Assembly (NCBI GenBank): GCA_001275005.1
Contig: JWZX01003236.1
Coordinates: 1-39,483 of the forward strand
Source: Chrysochromulina tobinii
Taxonomy: Eukaryota
Direction: 5' to 3'
DNA length: 39,483 nucleotides
This document shows, in pieces, positions 38,483 to 39,483 of the stretch (its first letter is position 1; the number at the start of each line of letters is the position of its first letter). Made by a program: the position numbers and the translations under genes. The notes under the pieces were generated by a model. The model was not told where the DNA came from, did not search any database, and saw nothing but the letters and a program-made list of their open reading frames with translations.

Positions 38483-39149
38483 CGCCGCGGCTCACACCTG
38501 GCTGACACCGCGTTGGGCCTCTTCCCACCTCCGGCGCAGGGTTCTCGGCGACCGCGCAAGATTATGTTGCGATGATTTCCTAAACTTGACAAATTTGGTC
38601 TATGGAAGCGGTTCGCATGCGGCGGCTGCACCCATTACCCGGAAGCACGCATTCGCCACACTACATTGAACATTCTCGTCTTTCGTGCGGGTATTCACTC
38701 ACTGTAGACACTTGCGACCTCAAACACTCTCGCCAGAGGCGTTCGCCGTCCCGCACGGTCGCACACAGTGACACAGAGTCCGCCTGCGTGCTCCACCTGT
38801 TCGGGCGCGCTCGCTCGCGACTCCTCTGCCCTCGCTCCGATCGTCGGACTCCCAGCGGCCTGTGCCGTGTCTCGAGTCACCGGTCTATACATCCTGCATG
38901 CATCTGTCTGCCCCCCCCCCCCTTCTCTTCCGGATCCAGAGCAGGGGCCGACCACTGCTCTCCTCGGCTCAACGCAAGACGCCAAGCGACTTGGATGCGG
39001 CCTTGCATGGGCCGCCTCAATCATCTTCATATCAAAGCCACCCCCGGACGGAGCTCACGTCCACATGGCCGCCTTCGGAGGCTCGGAAACTGCGCCGATG
39101 AGCGACTCGGAGGTTGTTGTTTGTCGTCACTCCAGAGCCTTGCACTTAG

Positions 39150-39483
39150 TTAGGAGAGCAATATTTCCGAGCCCGAGCCTCCGCGGCGCCTGGCGCGGCG
39201 CATCACGGTGGCGGCAGAGCGGTGGCGGCGATGATAGATGATGCCGCCAGCGACGAGGGCGAGTACGAGTACGACGATCACGGGTACTACGATCAGCAGC
39301 AAGGTGTTGCTTGAGGAATCGGTGGTGTCGGCCGCCACCGCTAGGACGGGGGTGCTCTTGCTCGAGTTATCGATGGTGACGGCCGCCTCCAGCGGCGGCG
39401 GCGGGGGCGGCGTCGGCGGGGGCGGCGGCGGCGGGGGCGGCGGCGGGGCGGGTTGAGGTGGTGACGGCGATGGCAACGGCGGT
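39150..39483 (-). CDS. 3' end of a Pro-rich single-pass membrane protein (partial; runs off the window)
   Basis: Poly-Pro stalk, TM segment LLLIVVPVIVVLVLALVAGGIIY, basic stop-transfer HRRHR and TAA at 39150. Confidence 0.65.
   Translation of the reverse strand, partial: PPLPSPSPPQPAPPPPPPPPPPPTPPPPPPLEAAVTIDNSSKSTPVLAVAADTTDSSSNTLLLIVVPVIVVLVLALVAGGIIYHRRHRSAATVMRRARRRGGSGSEILLS

Noticed and set aside
38600..39150. ORFs of 100-180 aa upstream of the C2 gene
   Set aside because: No recognisable motifs or coding-like composition; more likely UTR or promoter sequence.

Overview
GC-rich, gene-dense eukaryotic nuclear DNA. It carries short GT-AG introns (most donors read GTGCG), several head-to-head gene pairs and bipartite plastid-type presequences, which suggests an alga with a complex plastid, probably a haptophyte (inference). 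About 18 protein genes are supported. In order: an intronless Sola/DUF7869-like DDD transposase with a C-terminal GNAT acetyltransferase domain, kinesin-13, a DEX1-like FG-GAP protein, an FHA-PolX (mu/TdT-like) polymerase, a cytochrome P450, a family-16 methyltransferase, an HNH-nuclease/UvrD-helicase fusion that appears only after removing a predicted 85-nt intron, an SRF-type MADS factor, a NudC/CS protein, plastid UROD, a pseudo-Rab-like protein, a degenerate superoxide-reductase-like protein, a beta-helix protein, a GH33 sialidase, GT47, GT25, a tandem GGCT protein, a C2-domain membrane protein and the 3' end of a Pro-rich membrane protein. The most notable items are the transposase-GNAT fusion, the HNH-UvrD fusion, FHA-PolX, introns with direct repeats across both splice junctions, and recurring (TGAANN)n arrays upstream of genes. 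No rRNA, tRNA or CRISPR array was recognised. All family calls come from motif recognition by eye; no searches were run.
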